Positions 19,503 to 28,952 of a DNA stretch of 62,096 bases are shown here, piece after piece (within the stretch, counting starts at the first letter, position 1; every line of letters begins with the position of its first letter). Origin of the DNA: an uncultured virus (IMG/VR IMGVR_UViG_3300034108_002091) (lineage: Duplodnaviria > Heunggongvirae > Uroviricota > Caudoviricetes); the IMG/VR virus record IMGVR_UViG_3300034108_002091, one strand, 5' to 3'. Under the pieces are notes generated by a model. It was not told where the DNA came from. It ran no database searches and saw only the letters and a list, made by a program, of their open reading frames with translations. The position numbers and the translations under genes were made by a program.

Positions 19503-21262
19503 ACAAGTTCCATTTGAGTTTGATAGCCAAGTTGTTTCACTTCCGGTTTTGGTTCTTCTTTGGGCTGCTTGCTGGCTTTCCATGCAGCTTCTTCATCGTA
19601 GGGAAGCCATTTTTTAGCGGCACAGGCTCGCATGTTGAATTCCTGCCAGAGCTTATCATCTTTAAACTCCAGATGGATCGTACCTTTTTTCCAGAATTTG
19701 AAACGGAAAAATGTAGACTCACCGGTGTTATCAAACTTATCTCCAGTTTTGATATTCCCAATACAATGCAATCGATAATCCAGAGATTTATAAAATGTCT
19801 GAATGTCATCCATGCTCCGGCCAGTGATATAACACATTACCTTATCAATGTCAGAGTATTCACTTGACTTTCCATAATGAATTTTCATGGTATCACCGTG
19901 TGACTTCAATGAATAACCCTGCATATACTCACCATACCGAATACCATCTGGGAGAATGACTTTCTTTTTGACCTTGAATCGATCATTGGTTTTCCATCCC
20001 TCAATGTGCAGCTGATTGTCTTTGTGGTACTTTGTCAGTAAATCAAAGACTTCCTCTACAGCACGTTCCATAATCGTTTCCTTGTTGTTGAAAATCATTT
20101 CGATAATGGACCAAATGTTATCTTTGGTAAATGCCATTGTACCCTGTCTTTTCTGGAATTCAGCCCAATTTTGCCGTACCGAATGTGTAAGGAATTTGTC
20201 GATGTCAAAATCAGAGATCAGGCTCAGCTTTTGGAATATCAATCGCCACATATGCCGGCGGACTTCTCCTACAAATTCAGAGTATTTTTCCGTCAGGCTT
20301 CCTCCTTGTGTAGCGATTTCCAGCGCAATTTTGGCGATATCCACATCAGGAAGATATTCTCCCTGATCTGTTTTCTTTGGAAGCAGGGGATTGCCATAAT
20401 GGGTAAGTTCCTGCAATAGCCTGGTAAATTCAACAAATTTCTCCTTTACGATATCATACTGACTGCTCATGCTGGCAACAATGTCTCGTACCGTAGGTAG
20501 ATCCCGTAAGTCAGCACCATCAATCTCTCTTTGCTTTTCAGAAGTGATTTCCTCAAAAGTAAAATTGAATTTATCCTTGGGAACAGGCTTATGTAGTCTT
20601 ACCAGTGCAACGTTGACATTTGTTTCCCGCTCAGCCCGGCTGAACACAGGACCTAAATACTCAACAGAGCCATTAGCTTCGATGATTTTACTCAACAGTT
20701 CCCGGTGGCGCGTATGTGGGTTTTTGACCGTTTCTTCATTCAGCAGGCATACGATATCTCCATGATGAAGTATATCCCAGGCTTTGAGAAGATGATGCTC
20801 ACCGCTGGAAAACGGTGGGTTCATAATGATCAGGTCAAAAAGTTCGTCCGGTGTGTACGTCAGAAAGTCATTGGCTACTACTTTGTAACCTTTGTTCCGA
20901 AGAATATGTTGTAGTTCTGGATCTGCTTCGATAGTGTAAATGTCTTTTGCGCTTACCTGCAGTTTCCACATAGCTTCTGGTATTTTTTCTACCAAAGCCT
21001 GGACATATGGATTTTTGTGAAGCTTTTTACCTTTTCCGGAAAACTTATCTTTGAAGTAGTCATCTTCATTTTCATCGATTCTGTCAAATACTTTCAACAG
21101 ATCTCCCTTCCCTGCAGATGGTTCGAGAATAACGGTGCCTTTTTTAAGATACGCGTAATAGTATTTGGGATCATCGTCAGGGGTTGCTTTACAGTAAGGC
21201 AGAAGCATATACCTGGCCACCTCAATAGGTGTTGGGTAAAAGTCTGGATTATCCTGGAACAT
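19499..21262 (-). CDS. N6-adenine DNA methyltransferase with DUF4942-like C-terminus
   Basis: DFYPTP, ILEPSAGKG (SAM binding), IIMNPPF (catalytic), C-terminal FFRFKFWKKGTIHLEF. Confidence 0.85.
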   Translation of the reverse strand: MFQDNPDFYPTPIEVARYMLLPYCKATPDDDPKYYYAYLKKGTVILEPSAGKGDLLKVFDRIDENEDDYFKDKFSGKGKKLHKNPYVQALVEKIPEAMWKLQVSAKDIYTIEADPELQHILRNKGYKVVANDFLTYTPDELFDLIIMNPPFSSGEHHLLKAWDILHHGDIVCLLNEETVKNPHTRHRELLSKIIEANGSVEYLGPVFSRAERETNVNVALVRLHKPVPKDKFNFTFEEITSEKQREIDGADLRDLPTVRDIVASMSSQYDIVKEKFVEFTRLLQELTHYGNPLLPKKTDQGEYLPDVDIAKIALEIATQGGSLTEKYSEFVGEVRRHMWRLIFQKLSLISDFDIDKFLTHSVRQNWAEFQKRQGTMAFTKDNIWSIIEMIFNNKETIMERAVEEVFDLLTKYHKDNQLHIEGWKTNDRFKVKKKVILPDGIRYGEYMQGYSLKSHGDTMKIHYGKSSEYSDIDKVMCYITGRSMDDIQTFYKSLDYRLHCIGNIKTGDKFDNTGESTFFRFKFWKKGTIHLEFKDDKLWQEFNMRACAAKKWLPYDEEAAWKASKQPKEEPKPEVKQLGYQTQMELV

Positions 21263-21506
21263 AGTTTTCGTTATAGAGACGCTTTACCAGTGATTCAAAA
21301 TATGTATTTGCACTGGTAAGCGTCGATTCAAGATTGTTGAATGCAAATCCTAACAAGCCTATAGAGTTGATATTTTCCTTTTCATCGGGTGTTTCAACCT
21401 TCCAGAAATAGCATCTGTGATCAGCATAAACAATCAACTGGGCTTGTCGGTGATTAAGTTTCACTAGTGTATTACTCATAGAAAACTTTTGCTTCGATTC
21501 TACCAT
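21249..21506 (-). CDS. Hypothetical protein
   Basis: Small ORF in the operon. Confidence 0.5.
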   Translation of the reverse strand: MVESKQKFSMSNTLVKLNHRQAQLIVYADHRCYFWKVETPDEKENINSIGLLGFAFNNLESTLTSANTYFESLVKRLYNENYVPG

Positions 21507-22050
21507 TGTAGCTGTATATGATTTTTGTAGGTAATTCTGGATCCATTACATTCTCCAGGTTGGCGATGATGGCTTTTGTTACTTCAGTCCATTCTTCCAA
21601 ATCGATTACGCTTTCAGAGCCTAAAATGGTTTCTGTAGCAATAGGTTTGAAAACTTTGTTTGCAGGTCGTTCGGCGATCACATCCCAATATTCTTCCGGA
21701 AGGAATACATTGCGAAGATTCGCAGCTGCAGTAAACAGCGCCGCCATTGTTTCTACCGAATAACCATCCAGACCCGTTCCAAAGCTGGAAACGAATATTC
21801 GTACATGAGGATTGGCTTTGGCAAAATTCAATATGACATCAATCTGAGGTTGAATTTCATACAGCGGAAGAGTAAGGTTAGAAATATCTTTGATGATGAT
21901 AGCCTTTATACGCCTTCTGTATTTATCAGTCAAGCGCCGGGCTTCTTGTGCAGTGCCACTATAAATGGTATCCCCATCATTAGTGCCATACACATATATG
22001 TCGTTTACTTCCAGGCTTTCAATGTGAGCCGGTGTAATTCTTCTTTCCAT
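21472..22050 (-). CDS. Macro-like (A1S_2505-type) phage protein, degenerate
   Basis: RITPAHIESLEVNDIYVYGTN..FAKANP..FVSSFGTGLDGYSVETMAALF..NVFLPEEYW follows the family pattern (IFVFGSN..IGCGIAG..IAPLF..LP..F). Confidence 0.65.
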   Translation of the reverse strand: MERRITPAHIESLEVNDIYVYGTNDGDTIYSGTAQEARRLTDKYRRRIKAIIIKDISNLTLPLYEIQPQIDVILNFAKANPHVRIFVSSFGTGLDGYSVETMAALFTAAANLRNVFLPEEYWDVIAERPANKVFKPIATETILGSESVIDLEEWTEVTKAIIANLENVMDPELPTKIIYSYNGRIEAKVFYE

Positions 22051-22061
22051 AAATGATTGAT

Positions 22062-23120
22062 TTATGCAGCAATAAGCGCTGCTTCTTCCCAAAGATTGAG
22101 TTTGTTGTAAGTGTATTCCCTTAATCCTTCAATGGTAAACTGACGAGCAAATTCTGCCGGATCCTTTATTTGAAACTTTTCGTCCAGCCATAGATGCTTT
22201 GGCGTGTTGATGTACCCACAGCCGTATTTGTTGAACTTGGTGCAGTTCTCTACACCGGTATTGTCAGCATCGAACCATATGTAAATTTTGTCATACCGCT
22301 TTTTGAGGTCAGTTAACAACGAACCAAGCAGTGCCCCTTCGCTTTCATTTTGGACAGCCATTACATCCGGCCAAATTTTGCGCAGCACCATCATATCCTT
22401 GCGGCTTTTGGTGATGATCAACGTACTTGACTTATACGGCAGGTCCAGATAACCGTAAGGGTTGGTGTTGGGGTTGTTAGTTAACCACTTCATATCCCCG
22501 CCACTGGGCATATACGCTTTGAAATAATATTTTCCTTGTGAGGCTATGTCTGGAATGACATAAATAAACCAAGGCAATTCTCCAGGGTTGTAAATGCGTT
22601 TTTTGTTGATGAATAATTCCTCAATAGGGTACAGGAAACGATCTGCTTCCAGCTCTTCCTTAGTAAATGAAAAAGGAGTCCATATATCTAGGTGTCGTTG
22701 CTCCCATGGAAGAATAGTAAACTGAAATATTTTTTCTCGCTTTACATTTTTATCGATCCGGCTGGTATCTTGTTTTTCTCGGTAGGTCATGGATGCACCC
22801 ATAAAGGCGTCCTTTACAATACCAAAGTCATTGGCTATTTTTTTCAGCGCATCGCCAAAACCAATTTTATACAACTCCTGAACGAAGTCAAAACAGTCAA
22901 ATGCTTCCTGCCGGGCATGATCGAAATAGGTAAGCTTACCGCTATTATTGTAGAAAAACGAGGTCGATGGGTTACGATCCGGACGCAGTACAGAACAATA
23001 TGTCTTTCCCGGTGAGAAAGATCCGAAGTAATACCCAAATATTTGCTCATCGCTCAATCGCGATAAGATAAAATCTTTTGTAATAGTAACCGGGCTTTCT
23101 ATACCGTCGAAAGTAATCAT
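22062..23120 (-). CDS. DNA primase (DnaG/TOPRIM, crAss-type)
   Basis: SVLRPDRNPS..YFDH..DCFDFV N-domain; LIITKSRKD, QNES and IWFDADNTG TOPRIM motifs; KDPAE. Confidence 0.85.
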   Translation of the reverse strand: MITFDGIESPVTITKDFILSRLSDEQIFGYYFGSFSPGKTYCSVLRPDRNPSTSFFYNNSGKLTYFDHARQEAFDCFDFVQELYKIGFGDALKKIANDFGIVKDAFMGASMTYREKQDTSRIDKNVKREKIFQFTILPWEQRHLDIWTPFSFTKEELEADRFLYPIEELFINKKRIYNPGELPWFIYVIPDIASQGKYYFKAYMPSGGDMKWLTNNPNTNPYGYLDLPYKSSTLIITKSRKDMMVLRKIWPDVMAVQNESEGALLGSLLTDLKKRYDKIYIWFDADNTGVENCTKFNKYGCGYINTPKHLWLDEKFQIKDPAEFARQFTIEGLREYTYNKLNLWEEAALIAA

Positions 23121-23479
23121 GCGTAATAGTGAATCAGTTCGTTAAGACGTTGTTCCGGAATGAACTTAAACGCTTCCTGAGCTTCTTTGAGTGTCATTTT
23201 GCAATTCTTAGGCTCTCCGGTAGCAAGGTTGGTACCGAGTATCAATACCGGCCCAGCAAGTTCAAAGAAATGACCCCGAGTAACAGATGGATAACATACG
23301 CCTCCCCTGTCTTTGTACTCGATCCATCCTGATTCATCCACCCAGGCGGTGTCACCATTATCCAGTTCAATAGTTTCTACCATGTTGCATTCCAGCTGCC
23401 GGTACATATCTTCCAGCGATCCGTCGGATTCAACTTCAATGATTTCCTTGGCCAACGGGTTTATCAGTAGTCCTTTCAT
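23117..23479 (-). CDS. DUF3846-like protein
   Basis: LLINP..LEDMYRQLECNMVE..WVDESG..AGPVLILG. Confidence 0.65.
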   Translation of the reverse strand: MKGLLINPLAKEIIEVESDGSLEDMYRQLECNMVETIELDNGDTAWVDESGWIEYKDRGGVCYPSVTRGHFFELAGPVLILGTNLATGEPKNCKMTLKEAQEAFKFIPEQRLNELIHYYA

Positions 23480-23765
23480 TTTTGAAAAGTTTAATAGCGA
23501 TCCTACAATCGTAGTGATGTGAATAAATGCTTTTTGTGCCTCCTTCCAGCATCAGGTGAATTTGTCCTCTTGCTGTGTTGTTTCCTCCCTTGGACATAGT
23601 GCCGGTCATTCGGTGCAGGCTTTCCAGTTTAAGAAACTCAGTATAACAGGAAAATTCACCTAATAGCAATCCTTTTGATTTCGATTTGTAAATTCTAATC
23701 GGACGGCCTGTCCAATCTACTCTTACGTTTACTCGCATAGTTAAAAGTGTAAAAAGCCCCGCCAT
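23436..23765 (-). CDS. Hypothetical basic protein
   Basis: ORF in the operon; probable start MRVNVRV. Confidence 0.45.
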   Translation of the reverse strand: MAGLFTLLTMRVNVRVDWTGRPIRIYKSKSKGLLLGEFSCYTEFLKLESLHRMTGTMSKGGNNTARGQIHLMLEGGTKSIYSHHYDCRIAIKLFKNERTTDKPVGQGNH

Positions 23766-23784
23766 AGAGACGAGGCTTTTGGGT

Positions 23785-24429
23785 TTAGTTTACAGCACTT
23801 TCCCATGGCGCTTTTGCTACAGCACCGCCTACTGCTCCGTTGAGTACGGGTGCAGAAGTAGCACTTACCAGCTGGCCGGCTTTCGTTGTCTTCTTTTTGG
23901 TGACAGCTTTTTTGTAAGCCTCACTGTCCTTTACGTAAGGACCTTCAACAAACTGAGCCTTTTCGCCTTTGAAGATAAAGTCTACAAAACCTAAACGGCT
24001 GTATACTTTACCATCTTCCTGCTCTTCGCCATTTACCAACAGGTAGATAGGAGGGCATTTTTTGCTCAAAAGCTTTGCTTCAAAGTAATCAACCAGTTCA
24101 TCAAATTTGATAAACGATTCGGTGATTTTACCACCAAATACGGCTTCGTGAAAGTATTGAAGACGACCCAGCATGGTCTTTGACTTTGAAGCATCTTCTC
24201 CGGCCAGGTAGAAAGTTTCCGTCAGGTCTTTACCGTCACGGGTAGTGAAAACGACAACCATTGTAGGCTTAGCCGTTTTTTTAGTGTCCTTCGGCGTCTT
24301 GGTTTCATACTTCACCTCTTTGACAGCTACTTCGTACATACCAGGCTCGAGGTAGTTTATCGATGGGACATCGATATCTGCCATGTTAATAGGTCCAGTG
24401 GGCATCAGCGTTCCTTGTTCTTGTGACAT
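23785..24429 (-). CDS. ssDNA-binding protein-like (DUF669 type)
   Basis: YLEPGMYEVAVKEV..VVFT..TETFYL; ends APWESAVN; next to the Sak4-like ATPase. Confidence 0.6.
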   Translation of the reverse strand: MSQEQGTLMPTGPINMADIDVPSINYLEPGMYEVAVKEVKYETKTPKDTKKTAKPTMVVVFTTRDGKDLTETFYLAGEDASKSKTMLGRLQYFHEAVFGGKITESFIKFDELVDYFEAKLLSKKCPPIYLLVNGEEQEDGKVYSRLGFVDFIFKGEKAQFVEGPYVKDSEAYKKAVTKKKTTKAGQLVSATSAPVLNGAVGGAVAKAPWESAVN

Positions 24430-24486
24430 CTGTTTTACTTTTTTCAGTGTTGTCTCGCGATCCTTGCGGCAATAGTTCTGTAAAAC

Positions 24487-24696
24487 TTATGTTTGGCCTT
24501 GAGCGCTTGTTCCAAAGAAATACAATACACTGTCGAATATTATTTCCATGTTTGGATCATGAGTTTTCATGGTATGACATTGAAATAATGGGAGATCAGT
24601 TGAATTGGTAATTGAAAGCAAATACGCATCAGGCAGGTCTTTAATTGAGGCTTTGAACCCCATGGTTGTAATTACTTCAATGATCAGCTCTTTCAT
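24487..24696 (-). CDS. Hypothetical protein
   Basis: 69-aa ORF coupled to the upstream ATPase. Confidence 0.5.
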   Translation of the reverse strand: MKELIIEVITTMGFKASIKDLPDAYLLSITNSTDLPLFQCHTMKTHDPNMEIIFDSVLYFFGTSAQGQT

Positions 24697-25532
24697 TAGA
24701 TACGCTCAAACTTGCGGATCCGATCGATAACATCCTGAAGGTTGTTAGGAACGTACAGTTCTGTTTCCGGATCGTGTACGTTGGAGCGAGCATCGTAGTG
24801 ATCATGTTTGCGGGTAATGAACTTAAACCGATCAGCGTATTTGGCTGTTTTATCCTCATCCTCTTCCACGAAGTAGGAACAAAGGAAAATGTCAAAATAG
24901 CTGTCGGGCAGAAACTTTTCACTCAGCATCTTTCCACCGGGTGTGAAAATCTTATACTTCCGCGATGCATCATCAAACTGAAGATGAAACTCAATCACTT
25001 GGATAAGATCTCTGCGTGTGCTGCGAGCACTTTTGAAAAATGTTTTGAATGTGTCTGCGGCCAAGTCCACGTACCGCTCATAGTATTCCGATGTCTTACC
25101 CCGGGCTCTAAAGAAATCGTCCGTAAGGGTGTCGGTAATAAAGTGGGTGAAGTCAGGAACGATCACCACTTTGATTTGAGGCATAAACAGGCTCACAAAT
25201 TTGAGCCACACTTCGGCCTGAAGAATATTTTCTACAACAACAAAGTTACCGCGCACATCGATCGAAGGAGAGGGCTTATTTGCCAAACTGTTGTTGACAA
25301 GTGCCGCTGCCAGTTCTACAGGATGTGTAAGGTTCCAAGCCTTTAGCGTTTCTTCCGGTGATGTATGTTTACTTGCTTTCATTTCCAACGGATCCACCGG
25401 TGAGCCGTCGGGTTTTTTGAGATAAATGGATTTGGTGTTACAGGTAATAACCACTGCCTGTTCTGTTAAGAAACTACGGGAAAAGCTTTTGCCTGTGTTC
25501 TGATTACCACCAAGTCCGAGTAAATAACCCAT
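24696..25532 (-). CDS. AAA_24 / Sak4-like P-loop ATPase
   Basis: GGNQNTGKS, IVPDFTH, TPGGKML..YFDIFL, VPNNLQDVI. Confidence 0.75.
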   Translation of the reverse strand: MGYLLGLGGNQNTGKSFSRSFLTEQAVVITCNTKSIYLKKPDGSPVDPLEMKASKHTSPEETLKAWNLTHPVELAAALVNNSLANKPSPSIDVRGNFVVVENILQAEVWLKFVSLFMPQIKVVIVPDFTHFITDTLTDDFFRARGKTSEYYERYVDLAADTFKTFFKSARSTRRDLIQVIEFHLQFDDASRKYKIFTPGGKMLSEKFLPDSYFDIFLCSYFVEEDEDKTAKYADRFKFITRKHDHYDARSNVHDPETELYVPNNLQDVIDRIRKFERI

Positions 25533-25575
25533 ACTGTGTTTTTTGGGGGATTAAATATAAGTAATATTAGTCAAA

Positions 25576-26745
25576 CTACGAACCTATGAGGCCCGCAAAT
25601 GGAGCGAAAGTATCATCACTGATATTTCCGACCAGTCCGCGCCGATCTTCCAGCGCACGCACATACGAATACAGCTTGTCCAGGTCTTTTTTCTCCGGCA
25701 TCTGAGAAAAGTCTTCAGTCAGGCCATCAAAGAATAGGCCGATATCTACTGGTGCTTCGCCTACGTTGGAGGCAATGACTCGTAGATGGCGATAGAAGTC
25801 CTTCATAATGTTCACGTTGCAGCCAAAAGCACTACCATCGGCTATATGGTGACGATAGGGAGAGAATAAGCCCATAATGACGTGTGCGGTCTGTCCGGTG
25901 GCTTTGTTGTCTCCCAGGCCAGCAATAGAGGGCATAACCTTTTCTACGATCAACTGACCATTGTTGGCATACTGATGCGATGTGGATGCCGGTGCTTGCT
26001 GTTGGATATCGATGACGGTAACGCCAAAGAAGTTACAAAGCCAGGTTCGTACATAGTACTCCGTCCATTCGTCAATTGCAGCCCTGGGGGTAGAATGTTT
26101 ATCTTCCTGTTCAATGTTTTGAACGTTATCCACTACAAGAACAAAATGGGTACCCGTTTTATTTACATAACGAGCAGGCTTTTTGATTTGATTTTCGCCT
26201 TCTCCAATGGTTTCGTACTCGATTTCACCATGCTGCATCAGAATGTGATGGAGATACCTGTAAATCAGTTTTGGCTGCCGAATAGTGTCCATGATGATAA
26301 TATCATTCATGATTTCCTCGATGTATAATTCAGATTCTTTAATGTACTCAATCATTATATCATTTAGTCGAAGATGCTCACCCATGCTGGATAGATCCTC
26401 CACTGTTATTTCAATAGTGTGGGTATTTCGTAAAAAATCACAGATCAACATTTTTAAAACCCTGTCCTTACTATCTTCCAACGGTAGGTAGATGAATTTT
26501 GCCTTGTATCCTTTTGCTTTAGCCCAAGCTGCAGGTTTCAGGATAAACATTTGCCGGCAAAACTTACTCTTTCCAATTTTAGTATCTGCAGTGATCAGGT
26601 AGTGCAAACCAGGAACAATTCCGGGCACTACCCTATTCAACTTTGGAATATGAAAAGGAATTGAGTTGTATTCACCTCTTTTACGGCGCTCGTAGTTTCC
26701 GATGATCTGACCAAGTACTCTTTGGATATCGCTTTTCTCTGCCAT
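25576..26745 (-). CDS. DnaB-like replicative helicase (crAss-type)
   Basis: SIPF..PGI..LITADTKIGKS, LPLED, VVDN, IQQQ, LGDNKAT..GLFSP. Confidence 0.8.
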   Translation of the reverse strand: MAEKSDIQRVLGQIIGNYERRKRGEYNSIPFHIPKLNRVVPGIVPGLHYLITADTKIGKSKFCRQMFILKPAAWAKAKGYKAKFIYLPLEDSKDRVLKMLICDFLRNTHTIEITVEDLSSMGEHLRLNDIMIEYIKESELYIEEIMNDIIIMDTIRQPKLIYRYLHHILMQHGEIEYETIGEGENQIKKPARYVNKTGTHFVLVVDNVQNIEQEDKHSTPRAAIDEWTEYYVRTWLCNFFGVTVIDIQQQAPASTSHQYANNGQLIVEKVMPSIAGLGDNKATGQTAHVIMGLFSPYRHHIADGSAFGCNVNIMKDFYRHLRVIASNVGEAPVDIGLFFDGLTEDFSQMPEKKDLDKLYSYVRALEDRRGLVGNISDDTFAPFAGLIGS

Positions 26746-26754
26746 GGGTGGAAA

Positions 26755-27444
26755 TTATAATCGTTTAACACTGACTTCTTTACTTTGGAATCCTGAATTG
26801 TCCTGTGGGGTCCGCAGACGCTGGCACCAGGATGATAGTTCACTCAGCTGGTTCTTTCCTTCATTCTTTCGGATGAAGTTATGCGCCAGCATAGTGTACT
26901 GCCATTGAGCTTTGTACTTTGTCATTAGGTATCCGTTGACGGTAGCGATGAATATTTCATCTTTGGTAAAGCCGGTTTCCCGAACCCCTTTGATGTATCC
27001 ATATTCCCGAACAAACCACTTCATTTTCTCCATACAGGCTTTGGGCGTGCAGCGGACTAGCTTACCGGCAGACGTAACAGAAGCCGGCCATTTCTCACAC
27101 CAATCCTTTAACCAAGTTTCTACCTCTTTCACTTCCGGCGGATCTTCTTTTTTGACTTTCGCCTTTGGAGGCTTAGCCAGAAAATAGGTAATAAAAACAT
27201 TACCCTTCTCTGTCATTTGATACTCGAACTTGTTATCCACCGTTATAAAGCCTTTTGCCAGCATGTAATTGGGCAGCGGGCTACCAGCGGGGAATAACTT
27301 ATACAGCGTATCGTAGTCAGAATGTTTTAAAGCCACAAGCACCAGCATCATAGATCCCAGCAAGGCAGGGTTTTCACCGCTGTCACAGATGGTAATGATA
27401 TTTGGCAGGTACAGTTTTAGGAAGATGTCTTTGGTGTGGGGCAT
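26755..27444 (-). CDS. Replication-module hypothetical protein
   Basis: 229 aa between two helicases; WCEKWP..GKLVR. Confidence 0.6.
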   Translation of the reverse strand: MPHTKDIFLKLYLPNIITICDSGENPALLGSMMLVLVALKHSDYDTLYKLFPAGSPLPNYMLAKGFITVDNKFEYQMTEKGNVFITYFLAKPPKAKVKKEDPPEVKEVETWLKDWCEKWPASVTSAGKLVRCTPKACMEKMKWFVREYGYIKGVRETGFTKDEIFIATVNGYLMTKYKAQWQYTMLAHNFIRKNEGKNQLSELSSWCQRLRTPQDNSGFQSKEVSVKRL

Positions 27445-28559
27445 GGTATTGTAAAGTTTTCAATGAATGTTAGATCGATTTTCTCCGTTGCTTCATCAAA
27501 CCATTTGGCTACTACCGTTTCCTTCAGTTTGCCATTGACCGTTATATAAAAAGGAATCAGGTAGTAGCAATGTAAAAACTGGTCTTTGGCTAATCGCTTA
27601 CCTCTCCCTGAGCGCTGGATCATCCGGCTTGATGTCCGGTTGAACGTTTCATAGATGATGGTATTTACCTCTTCCAGATTTGCACCGCGATCGAGTTTAC
27701 CAATAACACCAAGGAAGTTGATTTCCCGCTTTTCAAACTTCTCCAGCCAGCCTAGCTTTTCATTTCCCTGATAGTGTGTCCAAGGCATGATGAAATTTAA
27801 CTGGGTGCTGAATGATGAATACACAAGAGCCCGGGTACTTGGTACATTGTTGTGCAGGTAGGCGATTAATGATTTACAGATTTCCCGCGAGCTTGTCAGA
27901 TTCTTTAAGAAATTGGTCCTTGCTCTGGTGATCCGCTCAAACACTATCGGGTTTCGTTTCTCTTCTGGCATCATGTAATAGTCTTCAAACTTTTCATGGA
28001 ATTTTAGGTATATCTCATTTTCAAGCGGCGACAGCTGATAAGGAACGATCCGGTGAAGTGACTTATTAATGATCCCTGATTGCTCCGCTTCCCAAGTTTC
28101 CAGCTCATATACAATCGGTGCGATGTAAGTACCCCATTCTCTTTTGTAACCGTCAAGGGTTGCTGAGAATAGGATCTTATGCGTAAACGTATTGTTGGCG
28201 TAGAATTTCACATACTCAGGTGTGAGCATATAGTCAAATTCATCCGCCAGCCAGACTACGTAGTGATTTCCTGTAAACTTGTATGTTGCGGCGTAGCATT
28301 CTCGCTGCACTCTTCCCAGGAGATGTCCTCCACCCCATTTCTCAAGTTCGCGCGGGAAGTCAACGTCTCTGAGTCGGGTGTTGTCACAGGTATAGATGAT
28401 GTTTCCTTCGGGATATCGCTCTGCAAGGGCGATAAGTCGTCGGATGGCAACTCTGGATTTTCCTGTTCCTGTTGGGAGTATAACAACCCCATTATCTCCT
28501 GCTCGCTCAAGGGACTCTTCCGCTTCTTTTTGAATCTGCTCACGTTTTGGGTCCAGCAT
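27417..28559 (-). CDS. SF2 helicase
   Basis: LPTGTGKS, ADEFD, SAT, IQRSGRGKR. Confidence 0.85.
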   Translation of the reverse strand: MLDPKREQIQKEAEESLERAGDNGVVILPTGTGKSRVAIRRLIALAERYPEGNIIYTCDNTRLRDVDFPRELEKWGGGHLLGRVQRECYAATYKFTGNHYVVWLADEFDYMLTPEYVKFYANNTFTHKILFSATLDGYKREWGTYIAPIVYELETWEAEQSGIINKSLHRIVPYQLSPLENEIYLKFHEKFEDYYMMPEEKRNPIVFERITRARTNFLKNLTSSREICKSLIAYLHNNVPSTRALVYSSFSTQLNFIMPWTHYQGNEKLGWLEKFEKREINFLGVIGKLDRGANLEEVNTIIYETFNRTSSRMIQRSGRGKRLAKDQFLHCYYLIPFYITVNGKLKETVVAKWFDEATEKIDLTFIENFTIPCPTPKTSS

Positions 28560-28951
28560 GATATGTCGATTGAAGGTGAATAATAATGGGCAATGTTCTC
28601 AATGAACCTGTGAATAACAGTATCATTCTGCCGGTAATTTTTGTTTCTAACCCATTTTTTCATGAACAGTTGATAATCCAGCAAGATCTCCCGAAATTCT
28701 TTCCAGCTATTGAAGTCTTTAACAAAAGACTTTACGTCCGTATAGATTGCGGTTCTGTTTTGTGAATAACCGTACTGCGTTAAGAAATGGTACACCTCAC
28801 TAGGCTTATCGAATTTACTTTTGAGGTTGTAAATCAATATCCTGCGTAGAACGACCAAAAAATTATACGATCGGTCGGAAAACAACTGATCGTTTCGCAT
28901 TTGAGCATATGCCTTCATTCCTTCTACTAACTGCTCTGGACTATACTCCAT
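28256..28951 (-). CDS. Hypothetical protein
   Basis: ATG immediately after the PolB stop; 3' part overlaps the helicase by ~300 nt. Confidence 0.55.
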   Translation of the reverse strand: MEYSPEQLVEGMKAYAQMRNDQLFSDRSYNFLVVLRRILIYNLKSKFDKPSEVYHFLTQYGYSQNRTAIYTDVKSFVKDFNSWKEFREILLDYQLFMKKWVRNKNYRQNDTVIHRFIENIAHYYSPSIDISCWTQNVSRFKKKRKSPLSEQEIMGLLYSQQEQENPELPSDDLSPLQSDIPKETSSIPVTTPDSETLTSRANLRNGVEDISWEECSENATPQHTSLQEITT

Positions 28952-28952
28952 G

